Below, piece after piece: positions 1 through 13,727 of a DNA stretch of 64,000 nucleotides. The position numbers and the translations under genes are program-made. Source of the stretch: Octopus sinensis (Eukaryota). Each line of letters begins with the position of its first letter. Positions within the stretch are counted from its first letter, which is position 1. The DNA lies in the NCBI RefSeq assembly GCF_006345805.1, contig NC_043015.1, forward strand, positions 46,066,001 through 46,130,000, read 5' to 3'. The notes under the pieces are model-generated. The model had not been told where the DNA came from. It made no database searches and saw nothing but the letters and a program-made list of their open reading frames with translations.

Positions 1-308
1 CTCAGGCTGTTATCTAAAAATGAAGAATTCCTGTTAGATTATAGTAGAGAGCTCCAGCATGAATAGTCTAGACCAGTGCTTTTCAAACTTTTTGCTGGAG
101 TGGAACCCCAAGGAAACATTCCACTGGCTCGAGGAACCCCTGTGCAATAATTTAATAGTCTTATGCACACATATCTGCACAGGAGAATTAAAAATTACTG
201 CTGATTTTAGCAGTTTTGTAACTTCTTGCGGAACCCCCGGACTCTACTGGCAGAACCCTGGTTGAAAACCACTGCTTTAGGCAGATATATTTAAAACGAC
301 TTTATTAG

Positions 309-531
309 CCCTTTCGTTACCAACCCGGCTGAAACCGGCTCTGGCTCTGAGTACAAATGCCATATTTTCGTAAGTTTTGAATTAAAATCTTCCATCAAAC
401 CTTAGTCACAAATAATGTTCCTAACACTAGCTTAACGACAATTAAGTTATTTTACAAAATTCTTTTGTTATATTTAAAGTAATTTAAAGAAACACAGAGC
501 ATCTCAAAATAAAAATTCAGTAACAAAAGGG
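309..531. mobile_element. piggyBac-type MITE
   Basis: TIR CCCTTTCGTTAC / GTAACAAAAGGG; flanks TTAG and TTAA. Same family at 52697-52916 (TTAA both sides) and a right end at 24402-24682. Confidence 0.75.
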
Positions 532-597
532 TTAAACTTGTAAACCAACTGGAGAAATATCACAAACAAAATTTTTCGAGATAATAAAGATATTTAC

Positions 598-762
598 CTT
601 GTTCAATTTGCCAACTATTTTCTCATACTCTTGAGTATAAAATGCAAATACTTCTTGGCAGTCTCTCTGGACAGAGCTGCCGAGTGGATTGTACAACCCA
701 CAGTTATCACGTACCAATGACATATCACTATGGAAATCTTCCATTGTAGTATAATATCCAGA
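598..762 (-). CDS. Bromodomain exon (helices A-B-C): SGYYTTMEDFHSDMSLVRDNCGLYNPLGSSVQRDCQEVFAFYTQEYEKIVGKLNK; gene continues beyond the left edge or in unseen exons
   Basis: Acceptor tttcag at 763-768 and donor gtaaat at 592-597; 165 nt, phase 0-0. Has the bromodomain Y..F..D..L...NC..YN signature and joins in frame to the 9466-9545 exon. Confidence 0.9.
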
Positions 763-1294
763 CTGAAATAAGAGAATAGACATTTATATATACATATTTC
801 AAAAATGCACAGAAAATAATACAAAATACAGAGGCAGGTGAAACAACAACAAACAGGGTGCATTAATTTGATGCTCTAGAAAAAAATGAAAGAAGTCGTT
901 GATGTTTCGAGCCTATGCTCATCTTCAGACAGGATAGGTGAAGGGAGAAAACAGATGGAGATAGAAAAATGTAGAGGAAAAACAGATGTACTTGAGTTTT
1001 ATACACACACACACACACAAGGTGGGGTGCTGAAGAATTCTTGACTTTGGGTAAAAGAAAATACAGAAGGACCAGTTAATTATGATTTTATTCAACATAA
1101 GGTGCAGGAGTGGCTTGCTTACCAACCACATGGTTCTGGGTTCAGTCCCACTGCATAGCGCTTTGGGCAAGTGTCTTCTACTATAGCCTCAGGTCGACCA
1201 AAGCCTTCTGCGTGTATTTGGTAGACGGAAACTGAAAGAAGCCCGTCGTATATATGTGTGTGTGTGTGTATATATATGTGTGTATATATGTATG

Positions 1295-1325
<31 letters not shown>

Positions 1326-1585
1326 TATATATACATGTATATATATGTGTGTGTATATATATGTACATATATATATATATATATATATGGCTGTGTGGTT
1401 AGGGAGCTTGCTTCCTAGCTACATGGTTTCGGGTTCAGTCCCACTGCGTGGCACTTTGGGTAGGTGTCTTCCACTATAGCCCCGAGCTGACCGGAGCTTT
1501 GTGATTGAATTCGGTAGGTGGAGGTTACTGCCGTGTGTGTATATGTGCGTGTAGGTGCTTGTGCCTCTCCGAAAGAGAGAGAGGG

Positions 1586-1616
<31 letters not shown>

Positions 1617-2317
1617 AATATGTACGTTTGTGTATATGTTTGTCCCCCCAACATCACTTGACAACCGAAGCTGGTGTGTTTAAGTCCCCGTAACTTAGCG
1701 GTTCGGCAAAAGAGACCGATAGAATAAGTACTGGGCTTACAAAGAATAAGTCCTGGGGTCGATTTGCTCGACTAAAGGCAGTACTCCAGCATGGCCACAG
1801 TCAAATGACTGAAACAAGTAAAAGATATACACACACACACATTGAATACACAAGAACAGAGTTCATCAGTTACCTCTGTTGTGTGTGCAACAGATGGTAA
1901 AAGATGAAAACTATCATATGCTAAAAACCATATCATGAAAGGGTATGCCAGAACCATCCCAGCACAGAAAAATTAACACAAAATGACGAGGATTGAGTAG
2001 TGGTGGGCAAATCATGGAAATGTTCACCAGGAAACTTCTCCTCGTTTCCCCCCCCCCCCCCACACACACACACATCAAAAGCACATATGTAAAGTGTTTA
2101 CATTCTTAATTTTCTCGCACAGCTAAGGCTTCCTAATATTCGAGTTTAATTTGATACTGCTGATGCATGGTGTTTTTGTGTATAAAGAAAATATGCTGTC
2201 TCACTAACGAAGAGCCAACTATAGTGCAAATATCAAACTTAAGCTTTCCATCATAGTAGTAACTTAATTTCTGACTGCTTCATATAGCAGCCGAATATTC
2301 TATGCTATGAACAGGAC

Positions 2318-2640
2318 AAGGAAACCGAGTAAATCTCTGGGGACGTGGTCACTAAATTGTGAAGGGGTTCGTCAGGAGAACCACCCCCACATCAAAAGCA
2401 TAAAACAAATGTATTTACAAGTTTATAGTTCAGTACCACAGAAAGAAGCTTTCTAATATTTAAGTATATTTTATGCTATAAACTGGAGAAGGAAACTGAG
2501 TACACTCTGGGGACGTGGTCACTAAATTGTGAAGGGGTCTGCCAGGAGACCCACCCCACATCAAAAGCATAGAAGGATTGTATTTACAATTTTATAGTTC
2601 AGTACCACAGAAGAAGCTTTCTAATATTTAAATAAATTTC
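2318..2640. repeat. ~171-bp tandem duplication
   Basis: Units start at 2318 and 2489 (aaggaaac[c/t]gagta...ctctggggacgtggtcactaaattgtgaagggg). Confidence 0.85.
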
Positions 2641-4945
2641 AGTACTTCTGGTTTATGGTATGTTGTGCACACACACACATCATCATCATCCTTTAATGTC
2701 CGTTTTCCATGCTAGCATGGGTTGGATGGTTTGACCGGGGGTCTGGGAAGCCAGAAGGCTGCACCAGGCTCCAGTCTGATCTGGCAATGTTTCTACGGCT
2801 GGATGCCCTTCCTAATGCCAACCACTCTGAGAGCGTAGTGGATGCTTTTTACGTGCCACTGGCACAGGTACCAGGCAAAGCTGGCAACACACACACATAT
2901 ATGTATGTATATGTGTGCATGTATGTATGTTTGTGCATGTGTATGTGTGATCATCGTTTAACATCTGCCTTCCATCATGCTGGCATGGATGGTCTGAGAG
3001 GAGCTGGCCAGGCAGAAGACTGCACCAGACTTCTGTGTCTGTTTTGGCACGGTTTTTATGGTTGGATGCCCTTCCTAACACCTATATATATCATCATCAT
3101 CATCGTTTAGCGTCCGCTTTCCATGCTAGCATGGGTTGGACGGTTCAGCTGGGGTCTGGGAAGCCTGAAGGCTGCACAGGCCCAGTCTGATCTGACAATG
3201 TTTCTACGGCTGGATGCCCTTCCTAACGCCAACCACTCCGTGAGGGTAGTGGGTGCTTTTTACGTGCCACCAGCACAGGTGGCGGGTGAGGCTGGCAACG
3301 GCCTCAATCAGATGGTGCTTTTTACGCGCCACCGGCACAGAGGCCAGTCGGGGCGGCGCTGGCAACAGCCACGTTCGGATGGTTCTCTCATGTGCCACCA
3401 GCACTGGTATCACAGCTATAATTTCCATTGATGTTGATCGATTTTGATTTTGATTTTATATATATATATATGCTAGCATGGAAAGCAGACGTTAAATGAT
3501 GATGATGATATATAATTATACACACACACACACATATATATGACAGTATTTATTAAACTCTTGTTACCATATTTCTCTTGAAATACACTCACTTTGTTTC
3601 AAGTGATTTTTAAAAATAACTAACAATTTAGTAAAATAACAGTCATTATTAAGTCGGTGTTTGTAATTGAAACTAGCATGAAATTTTTGATGGAAGGTCT
3701 TAATTTACATCACCCTAAAACAGGATGTTTGTGTCATACAGAACCGGGAGGGTGTGGGTGCTCTGAGGAAGGCTAGAAACAAAAGGGTTAAACAGAAATA
3801 TTGCTGAGCATGACAATTAAAATGAAGCCTGTTTAAACTACAAGGAAAACAACTGTATGCTGATAACAGTGTAAAAATATACTTTGCTTCGTATACAGCC
3901 TACTTCTCAATGAAGTGGGTTTTACGTGGGTTTTCAGTCTGCAAATATTTAGAAATCAAGATTGCTTTGAATTTATCAGATATCTGATAAACAGCATACT
4001 TGTCACACCATAATAAGCATTCTTAAGATTTTAAAATTAAAAGAATATATTTATGATAACACACACACACACACACACACGCATGCAATACAACTATATG
4101 TGAAGTGTAAAGTAATATTTGTGTACATTTTTATAATTAAAGCATCAAATGAGCAGAGCTAGAATAGTTAGTTTTATTTTGAAGTAGATACTTTTACAAG
4201 CGTGGTCTAAATAATATTTATTTTACTATTAGCAGTAGAGTGTTTGTCTGTGCCAAGATCTTAGGCTTCTCTATTATACTCATCATCATCATCGTTTGAC
4301 GTCCGCTTTCCATGCTAGCATGGGTCGGACGGTTCGACTGGGGTCTGGGAAGCCAGGAGGCTGCACCAGGCTCCAGTCTGATCTGGCAGTGTTTCTACAG
4401 CTGGATGCCCTTTCTAACGCCAACCACTCCGTGAGTGTAGTGCGTGCTTTTTACATGCCACCGACACGGAAACCAGCCAAGGCGGCACTGGCATTGGCCA
4501 CATACGGATGGTGCTTTTTACGTGCCAGGGTAGGCTGGCAACGGCCACGATCGGTTGGTGCTAACAAAATTTTTATGTCTTTGGTCAGTAAGTGTTATTT
4601 CCTATTTGCTTCAATTTAGAAATCAAATGAAATGACTACTATTCCCATCAAACTTTACTTTTGCGACCTGGATATTAATGTTTTCAAACTGACCTATTTC
4701 CCATGACATTTCAGACAGATTCAGTGTTGAGTTGCTGAAGCAGAAATATCGTTATAGCAAATAATCTGCTGAAAATCCCACTGTAATATGTGTACAAGTG
4801 TGTGTCTGTATGCATATGTACAAAGTTGTCATTTCTATTTCTTCGCATGAGACTGCCCGAGTACTTGTAAAACAGTAAAATTTAGCAACTGGCTCAAATA
4901 TTCACCTAACCTCTGCCAGCAGAGAAAAATCCAACATAAAAAACA

Positions 4946-7900
4946 GCTAAATGAAGTATGTCATTTGGTAATAATCCATTGCTAAATGTAGTGTATTATT
5001 TAGTAATAATCTACTGCTAAATGCAGTGTTATTTGTTAAATAACCCAATGTTAAATGCAGGATTATTTGGTAATAATCTACTATTAAATGTAGTGTGCTA
5101 TTTTGATAATAATCCACTATTAAATGTAGTGTGCTATTTTGATAATAATCCACTATTAAATGTAGTGTGTTATTTTGATAATAATCCACTATTAAATGTA
5201 GTGTGTTATTTTGATAATAATCCACTATTAAATGTAGTGTGTTATTTTGATAATAATCCACTATTAAATGTAGAGTGTTATTTTGATAATAATCCACTAT
5301 TAAATGTAGTGTGTTATTTTGATAATAATCCACTATTAAATGTAGTGTGTTATTTTGGTAATAATCTACTATTAAATGTAGTGTGCTATTTTGATAATAA
5401 TCCACTATTAAATGTAGTGTGTTATTTTGATAATAATCCACTATTAAATGTAGAGTGTTATTTTGATAATAATCCACTATTAAATGTAGTGTGTTATTTG
5501 ATAATAATCCACTATTAAATGTAGTGTGTTATTTGATAATAATCCACTATTAAATGTAGAGTGTTATTTTGATAATAATCCACTATTAAATGTAGTGTGT
5601 TATTTGATAATAATCCACTATTAAATGTAGTGTGTTATTTGATAATAATCCACTATTAAATGTAGTGTGTTATTTGATAATAATCCACTATTAAATGTAG
5701 TGTGTTATTTGATAATAATCCACTATTAAATGTAGTGTGTTATTTGATAATAATCCACTATTAAATGTAGTGTGTTATTTGATAATAATCCACTATTAAA
5801 TGTAGTGTGTTATTTGATATAATCCACTATTAAATGTAGTGTGTTATTTGATAATAATCCACTATTAAATGTAGTGTGTTATTTGATAATAATCCACTAT
5901 TAAATGTAGTGTTTTTTGATATAATCCACTATTAAATGTAGTGTGTTATTTGATAATAATCCACTATTAAATGTAGTGTGTTATTTGATAATAATCCACT
6001 ATTAAATGTAGTGTGTTATTTGATATAATCCACTATTAAATGTAGTGTGTTATTTGATAATAATCCACTATTAAATGTAGAGTGTTATTTTGATAATAAT
6101 CCACTATTAAATGTAGTGTGTTATTTGATAATAATCCACTATTAAATGTAGAGTGTTATTTTGATAATAATCCACTATTAAATGTAGAGTGTGTTATTGA
6201 TAATAATCCACTATTAAATGTAGTGTGTTATTTGATAATAATCCACTATTAAATGTAGTGTGTTATTTGATAATAATCCACTATTAAATGTAGTGTGTTA
6301 TTTGATAATAATCCACTATTAAATGTAGTGTGTTATTTGATAATAATCCACTATTAAATGTAGTGTGTTATTTGATAATAATCCACTATTAAATGTAGAG
6401 TGTTATTTGATAATAATCCACTATTAAATGTAGTGTGTTATTTGATAATAATCCACTATTAAATGTAGTGTGTTATTTGATAATAATCACTATTAAATGT
6501 AGTGTGTATTTGATAATAATCCACTATTAAATGTAGTGTGTTATTTGATAATAATCCACTATTAAATGTAGTGTGTTATTTGATAATAATCCACTATTAA
6601 ATGTAGTGTGTTATTTGATAATAATCCACTATTAAATGTAGTGTGTTATTTGATAATAATCCACTATTAAATGTAGTGTGTTATTTGATAATAATCCACT
6701 ATTAAATGTAGAGTGTTATTTGATAATAATCCACTATTAAATGTAGAGTGTTATTTTGATAATAATCCACTATTAAATGTAGTGTGTTATTTGGAAATAA
6801 TTCACTGTTAAATGTAGTGTGTTATTTGATAATAATCCACTATTAAATGTAGTGTGTTATTTGATAATAATCCACTATTAAATGTAGTGTGTTATTTGAT
6901 AATAATCCACTATTAAATGTAGTGTGTTATTTGATAATAATCCACTATTAAATGTAGAGTGTTATTTTGATAATAATCCACTATTAAATGTAGTGTGTTA
7001 TTTGATAATAATCCACTATTAAATGTAGAGTGTTATTTTGATAATAATCCACTATTAAATGTAGTGTGTTATTTGATAATAATCCACTATTAAATGTAGT
7101 GTGTTATTTGATAATAATCCACTATTAAATGTAGTGTGTTATTTGATAATAATCCACTATTAAATGTAGTGTGTTATTTGATAATATCCACTATTAAATG
7201 TAGTGGTTATTTGATAATAATCCACTATTAAATGTAGTGTGTTATTTGATAATAATCCACTATTAAATGTAGTGTGTTATTTGATAATAATCCACTATAA
7301 ATGTAGAGTGTTATTTTGATAATAATCCACTATTAAATGTAGTGTGTTATTTGATAATAATCCACTATTAAATGTAGTGTGTTATTTGATAATAATCCAC
7401 TATTAAATGTAGTGTGTTATTTGATAATAATCCACTATTAAATGTAGTGTGTTATTTGATAATAATCCACTATTAAATGTAGTGTGTTATTTTAATAATA
7501 ATCCACTATTAAATGTAGTGTGTTATTTGATAATAATCCACTATTAAATGTAGTGTGTTATTTGATAATAATCCACTATTAAATGTAGTGTGTTATTTGA
7601 TAATAATCCACTATTAAATGTAGTGTGTTATTTGATAATAATCCACTATTAAATGTAGAGTGTTATTTTGATAATAATCCACTATTAAATGTAGTGTGTT
7701 ATTTTAATAATAATCCACACTATTAAATGTAGAGTGTTATTTTGATAATAATCCACTATTAAATGTAGTGTGTTATTTTAATAATAATCCACTATTAAAT
7801 GTAGTGTGTTATTTTAATAATATCCACTATTAAATGTAGTGTGTTATTTTAATAATAATCCACTATTAAATGTAGAGTGTTATTTTGATAATAATCCACT

Positions 7901-9325
7901 ATTAAATGTAGTGTGTTATTTTTAATAATAATCCACTATTAAATGTAGTGTGTTTTTTTAATAATAATCCACTATTAAATGTAGTGTGTTATTTTGATAA
8001 TAACCACTATTAAATGTAGGTGTTATTTTAATAATAATCCACTATTAAATGTAGTGTGTTATTTTGATAATAATCCACTATTAAATGTAGTGTGTTATTT
8101 TAATAATAATCCACTATTAAATGTAGTGTGTTATTTTAATAATAATCCACTATTAAATGTAGAGTGTTATTTTGATAATAATCCACTATTAAATGTAGTG
8201 TGTTATTTTGATAATAATCCACTATTAAATGTAGTGTGTTATTTTAATAATAATCCACTATTAAATGTAGTGTGTTATTTTAATAATAATCCACTATTAA
8301 ATGTAGTGTGTTATTTTAATAATAATCCACTATTAAATGTAGTGTGTTATTTTAATAATAATCCACTATTAAATGTAGTGTGTTATTTTAATAATAATCC
8401 ACTATTAAATGTAGTGTGTTATTTTGATAATAATCCACTATTAAATGTAGTGTGTTATTTTAATAATAATCCACTATTAAATGTAGTGTGTTATTTTGAT
8501 AATAATCCACTATTAAATGTAGTGTGTTATTTTTAATAATAATCCACTATTAAATGTAGTGTGTTATTTTAATAATAATCCACTATTAATGTAGTGTGTT
8601 ATTTTAATAATAATCCACTATTAAATGTAGAGTGTTATTTTGATAATAATCCACTATTAAATGTAGTGTGTTATTTTAATAATAATCCACTATTAAATGT
8701 AGTGTGTTATTTTAATAATAATCCACTATTAAATGTAGTGTGTTATTTTGATAATAATCCACTATTAAATGTAGTGTGTTATTTTAATAATAATCCACTA
8801 TTAAATGTAGAGTGTTATTTTAATAATAATCCACTATTAAATGTAGTGTGTTATTTGATAATAATCCACTATTAAATGTAGTGTGTTATTTGATAATAAT
8901 CCACTATTAAATGTAGTGTGTTATTTGATAATAATCCACTATTAAATGTAGTGTGTTATTTGATAATAATCCACTATTAAATGTAGTGTGTTATTTGATA
9001 ATAATCCACTATTAAATGTAGAGTGTTATTTTGATAATAATCCACTATTAAATGTAGTGTGTTATTTGATAATAATCCACTATTAAATGTAGTGTGTTAT
9101 TTGATAATAATCCACTATTAAATGTAGTGTGTTATTTGATAATAATCCACTATTAAATGTAGTGTGTTATTTGATAATAATCCACTATTAAATGTAGTGT
9201 GTTATTTGATAATAATCCACTATTAAATGTAGAGTGTTATTTTGATAATAATCCACTATTAAATGTAGAGTGTTATTTGGAAATAATTCACTGTTAAATG
9301 TTGTGTGTAATATAACACTGTTGAA
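4946..9325. repeat. Minisatellite, unit TAATAATCCACTATTAAATGTAGTGTGTTATTT(T)GA (35-36 bp), roughly 120 copies
   Basis: Directly visible tandem array with degenerate copies at both ends; GA/AA and GTG/GAG variants; lies in the intron between the two bromodomain exons. Confidence 0.97.
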
Positions 9326-9465
9326 TACAGCATGGTAACTTCTACAGTTGGTTATTTTGTGTTGTGTGCACACAAGCATATGTATCTGCGTTTGGAGTGC
9401 TGTAAAATAGGCCTAAAATCACACAATTGCAGCCTGTGTCTTCAGTGAGTAATAATGAAGCTCAC

Positions 9466-9545
9466 CTCCAATCGTTTCCGTATCGTGCTGAAATCCATAG
9501 GATTCTTCACAATGGTGTAGTAGTCAGGGGCCTCAAGTGGATCCA
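9466..9545 (-). CDS. Bromodomain exon (ZA loop): (V)[26 protein letters not shown]
   Basis: Acceptor ttgccattttcag and donor gtgagc; 80 nt, phase 1-0. Canonical PDYY.IV..PMD..TI..RL motif. Not in the ORF track. Confidence 0.9.
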
Positions 9546-9605
9546 CTGAAAATGGCAAGGAATTCACAATAAATTGGGGGCATACATACAACTCAAGGTA
9601 ATACT

Positions 9606-10187
9606 TATTTCTTTATTGCCCACAAGGGGCTAAACAGAGAGGGGACAAACAAGGACAGACAAACGGATTAAGTCGATTACATCGACCCCAGTGCGTAACT
9701 GGTACTTAATTTATCGACCCCGAAAGGATGAAAGCAAAGTCGACCTCAGCAGAATTTGAACTCAAAACATAACGGCAGACGAAATACCTATTTCTCTATT
9801 ACCCACAAGGGGCTAAACACAGAGAGAACAAACAAGGACAGACATAGGTATTAAGTCGATTACATCGACCACAGTGCGTAACTGGTACTTAATATATAAA
9901 CCCCGAAAGGATGAAAGGCAAAGTCGACCTCAGGACATAACGGCAGACGAAATACCTATTTCTTTATTACCCACAAGGGGCTAAACATAGAGGGGACAAA
10001 CAAGGACAGACAAACGGATTAAGTCGATTACATCGACCCCAGTGCTTAACTGGTACTTAATTTATTGACCCCGAAAGGATGAAAGGCAGCCGACCTCAGC
10101 GGAATTTGAACTCAGAACGTAACAGCAGACGAAATACCGCTAAGCATTTCGCCCAGCGTACTAACATTTCTGCCAGCTCACCGCCTT
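9606..10187 (-). mobile_element. tRNA-derived SINE family B (OR1-like) trimer
   Basis: One head (GGCGGTGAGCTGGCAG) plus three tandem bodies; 15-bp TSD ACTCA(A/C)GGTAATACT at 9591-9605 and 10194-10208. Confidence 0.85.
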
Positions 10188-10972
10188 TTATTAACTCACG
10201 GTAATACTAAGCCTCTTTTTTAATTAATTAAATATAATAGCAAGACACTAACCTGGTCGAGTGAACCATGATGCAGCATTCAGTTCCCCTTTTTCTCGAT
10301 TGACTCCTCGGAAGCGAGATACTCTCTCTAAAAGTCTGAAAACAAAGCAAAATAATTAGTAAGACAAACAGTGTGGATATTTCCCTTACACAGTCTAAGA
10401 ATTATAAAAGCACAAAGCATAAAACATGATGTTTTTTGACATTCCTTGTGGACAAACTGTCATATAATTCTGTACTTTCAAATATGAGTATCTTTTGCTT
10501 GTTTCAGTCATTAAACTGTGGCAATGCTGGGGCACCACCACCTTGAAGAATTTTTTAACCGAATGAATTGACTCCAGGACTTTTTTTAAAAGTCTGGTAT
10601 GATACATAGATACCACCGGAGTGGGGGAAGAAGATAACCTCATCAGTGGGATGTGTGCCACCGAGTGAGGGAGTTGAGGCCCCTCCCAGTGAAAGTGGTG
10701 AAGAATATATGTTCTGCTATCTCAGGGGAGGGGCTATTGACAGTTTCGTGGAGAATGATATGGATAGTCAGGTTCTGAGGGACGTGACTGGTATTGAGAG
10801 CCCAGAGTGGCCTTCGCAAGGTGGCTGCTCTGGTGCTGGAAAGAAAGCACAGTGATCTTATAATTGACACATGTAAAAATGAGAATTATAGAATTCTTTT
10901 TTGGAGCCCCAGATTGCAGTTGCAGGAATGCCTGCAAGTTACAAGAAAATTACTCAGGGAAAGATTACTCTC

Positions 10973-11370
10973 TCTTTACTCTTTTACTTGTTTCAGTCAT
11001 TTGACTGCGGCCATGCTGGAGCACTGCCTTTAATCGAGCAACTCGACCCTGGGACTTATTCTTTGTAAGCCCAGTACTTATTCTATCGGTCTCTTTTGCC
11101 GAACCGCTAAGTAACGGGGACATAAACACACCAGCATCGGTTGTCAAGCAATGCTAGGGGAACAAACACACACACACATACATACATACATGTATATACA
11201 TATAAACGACGGGCTTCTTTCAGTTTCTGTCTACCAAATCCACTCACAAGGCTTTGGTCAGCCCAAGGCTATAGTAGAAGACACTTGCCCAAAGTGCCAC
11301 GCAGTGGGATTGAACCCGGAACCATGTGGTTGGTATGCAAGCTACTTACCACATAGCCACTCCTGCGCCT
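10973..11370 (-). mobile_element. tRNA-derived SINE family A (octopus OR2-like), full length with central microsatellite
   Basis: Head GGCGCAGGAGTGGCTGTGTGGTAAG (A box) and B box GG(G)TTCA(A/G)TCCC; tail (AAAGAGT)n. Further copies at about 1101-1825, 14445-15055, 15341-15735, 17105-17365, 19225-19590, 20525-20945, 23710-24120, 26735-27010, 29657-30043, 39250-39640, 42260-42655, 50607-50963, 56335-56740, 57055-57455 and 63609-64000. The OR2 name is from recall, not a search. Confidence 0.85.
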
Positions 11371-12330
11371 ATTGTAGAAATTTATCACCTCTAATTTGTG
11401 TATAAATTGTGTCTTATAATTGTATGGACTTTTTAGTCCAAATATATTGTATTTTAAATTGTAAGAGGGTTAATACCTCTATATATGCGTTTTTAAAGAA
11501 CAATGTTTTAGAGAAGCAGAGGGTCGGCGGGCACTTTCTGTCTTCCCCCATCTTTATCATTTCTGTATCATAATCATTCGCCTCATCAATGTCTATGACC
11601 AGCCCGCAAAGCTACCTTATCTATGTGCTGCCTACATCCCTCTCTCTCTCTCTTTCGGAGAGGCACTGAGCAGCTATACGCACACATACACCCACGGCAG
11701 TAACTTCCGCCTACCGAATTCAATCACAAAGCTTCGGTCTGCTCGAGGCTATAGTGGAAGACACCTGCCCAAAGCGCCACGCAGTGGGACTGAACCCGAA
11801 ACCATGTATGTAGCCAGGAAGCAAGCTTCCTAACCGCACAGCCATGCCCGCGCCTACAACATGGCAAATTTAATGAATAAAAGCATGATAATTTATGCTT
11901 GTCACCAAGTAAAGAACTATTCTGACCATTTAGAATTCGTCCGTTGCCAGCCTTGCCTGGCCCCCGTGCTGGTGGCACGTAAAAGCACCATCCGTTCGTG
12001 GCCGTTTGCCAGCTCTGTCTGGCACCTGTGCGGGTGGCACGTAAAAAGTACCCACTACACTCACGGAGTGGTTGGCGTTAGGAAGGGCATCCAGCCGTAG
12101 AAACACTGCCAGATCTGACTGGGCCTGATGAAGCCTTCCAGCTTCACAGACCCCAGTTGTACTGTCCAACCCATGCTAGCATGGAAAACGGACGCTAAAT
12201 GATGATGATGACGATGATGATGTATTCAAACTTTATTGTTAGTTGAATAGTATCACATCAGAGTTTGGCTTTATCTTAGAATGGTGATTGCCCCGGAAGA
12301 TCTTCCTTTAGTCAATGCATCTCTTGTATA

Positions 12331-12367
<37 letters not shown>

Positions 12368-12559
12368 CTTCAGGTAAACTGCTCGGATATACTTAATGTA
12401 TCTCAGGCACATTTCCCACCACCAACCAACCAACCAACCAAGCATCATCACTGTGAGGTTTTTGGGATTTGCTAGTGCCATGTTCTTGGCAATAATATCT
12501 CTGTTTAATTCCCTCCAGATCTAACCATTCACTGCTGTTGGCCTTGTAAGATAGCGGGG

Positions 12560-13289
12560 GGTGGGGTGGGGGTGGGGGAACTAACAAAGACAGCACAAAA
12601 CTCTCGTCTTAGAATCCTTAAATAGAGAATATGCGAGAGAGAGAGAGAGAGAAAATAAAGGAGAGAGAGAAGCAAAGTCTAAGCAAGAAACACTGCAATA
12701 AGATAGTATACTTGTAACATCAAATGAAAATACTATTACTTGCATCGTTATTATCAATAATAACAATCAGCAACTCTCATCACTCGAACACGCTTCCTAT
12801 CCACTGACCCTTCCCTCCTCTCCCCTCCCCTCCTCATTCCTTTTTTTCTCTCTCTCTCTCTCCCTTTCTATATCCTCCCCCCACCCCCGTCTCGTCTCCT
12901 CACGCTACCACTCTCTCTCGTTTCTTCTCCAGGCAAAAATGCTTCTGTCTGTCCTTTTCCTGCTCTGCTGGAGGAGGAAGAACTGCATCAAGCACATATC
13001 ATAGCTCACAAACAACTCAACAACCTCCCCCCGCCCTCCCTCCACCCCCTCTCTCTCTGGCTTTCTTTCTCCCCCTTCTCTTTTCCTCACCTGTTTTTCT
13101 CTCTCTCTCTCTCTCTCCCTATCTCTATCTCTTTCTCTCTCTCCTCTGATGGCCTACTTATAAACTCACATATGGTTCTTCAGCTATCTTCTGTGGTACA
13201 CTGCACACCACACCGATAGCAATACCCCCCCACCTCTACCTGATCTTCACTCAGCGAGCGAGCGAGCGACACTGATTAACATAGTGTGA

Positions 13290-13323
<34 letters not shown>

Positions 13324-13480
13324 ACAAAGTAGAACCTACCTCTAACAGCTAATGCATTCTTATAAAAACTCGGGGCGAAAAAAGTAAATCACACCACAGA
13401 TCCTCTCACACACACACACACACTCTTTCACTCTCTCTCTTGTTCTCACACACACATACAGAGTTTATAAAGTGCAGCTG
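12560..13480. promoter_or_regulatory. Possible promoter / 5' UTR exon region of the bromodomain gene
   Basis: Free of TEs, with CT/GA tracts, a (GCGA)n run, TATAAA motifs at ~13361 and ~13465, and a minus-strand donor gtgagt at 13164-13169. Inference only. Confidence 0.25.
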
Positions 13481-13684
13481 GTTAAAAATGCTATTTATTT
13501 ATTGTATTTTAAATACACGAAGAGTTAGTTCTTACAAAGTTGATAGTGTATGATGAGAAGTAAAGAGCCTCATAACTAAACCAGGTACACACAGACACAC
13601 AGTCATAGGCGAGTATCTGTTCACATATACAAGCAAAACACATACACACCTTTCACAATGCTACACATACATAATATATCTATA

Positions 13685-13727
<43 letters not shown>

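Noticed and set aside
4946-9325. CRISPR array, or a repeat protein (NNPLLNVVCYFD / DYYQNNTLHLIV ORFs)
   Set aside because: The units are contiguous with no spacers, the context is eukaryotic, and frequent 35-bp units break the frame.
9546-9600. In-frame upstream extension ...[10 protein letters not shown], resembling the bromodomain (W)PF motif
   Set aside because: It is two residues short of PFxxPVD, has no helix Z, hits a stop at the SINE boundary, and the same bases form a good splice acceptor.
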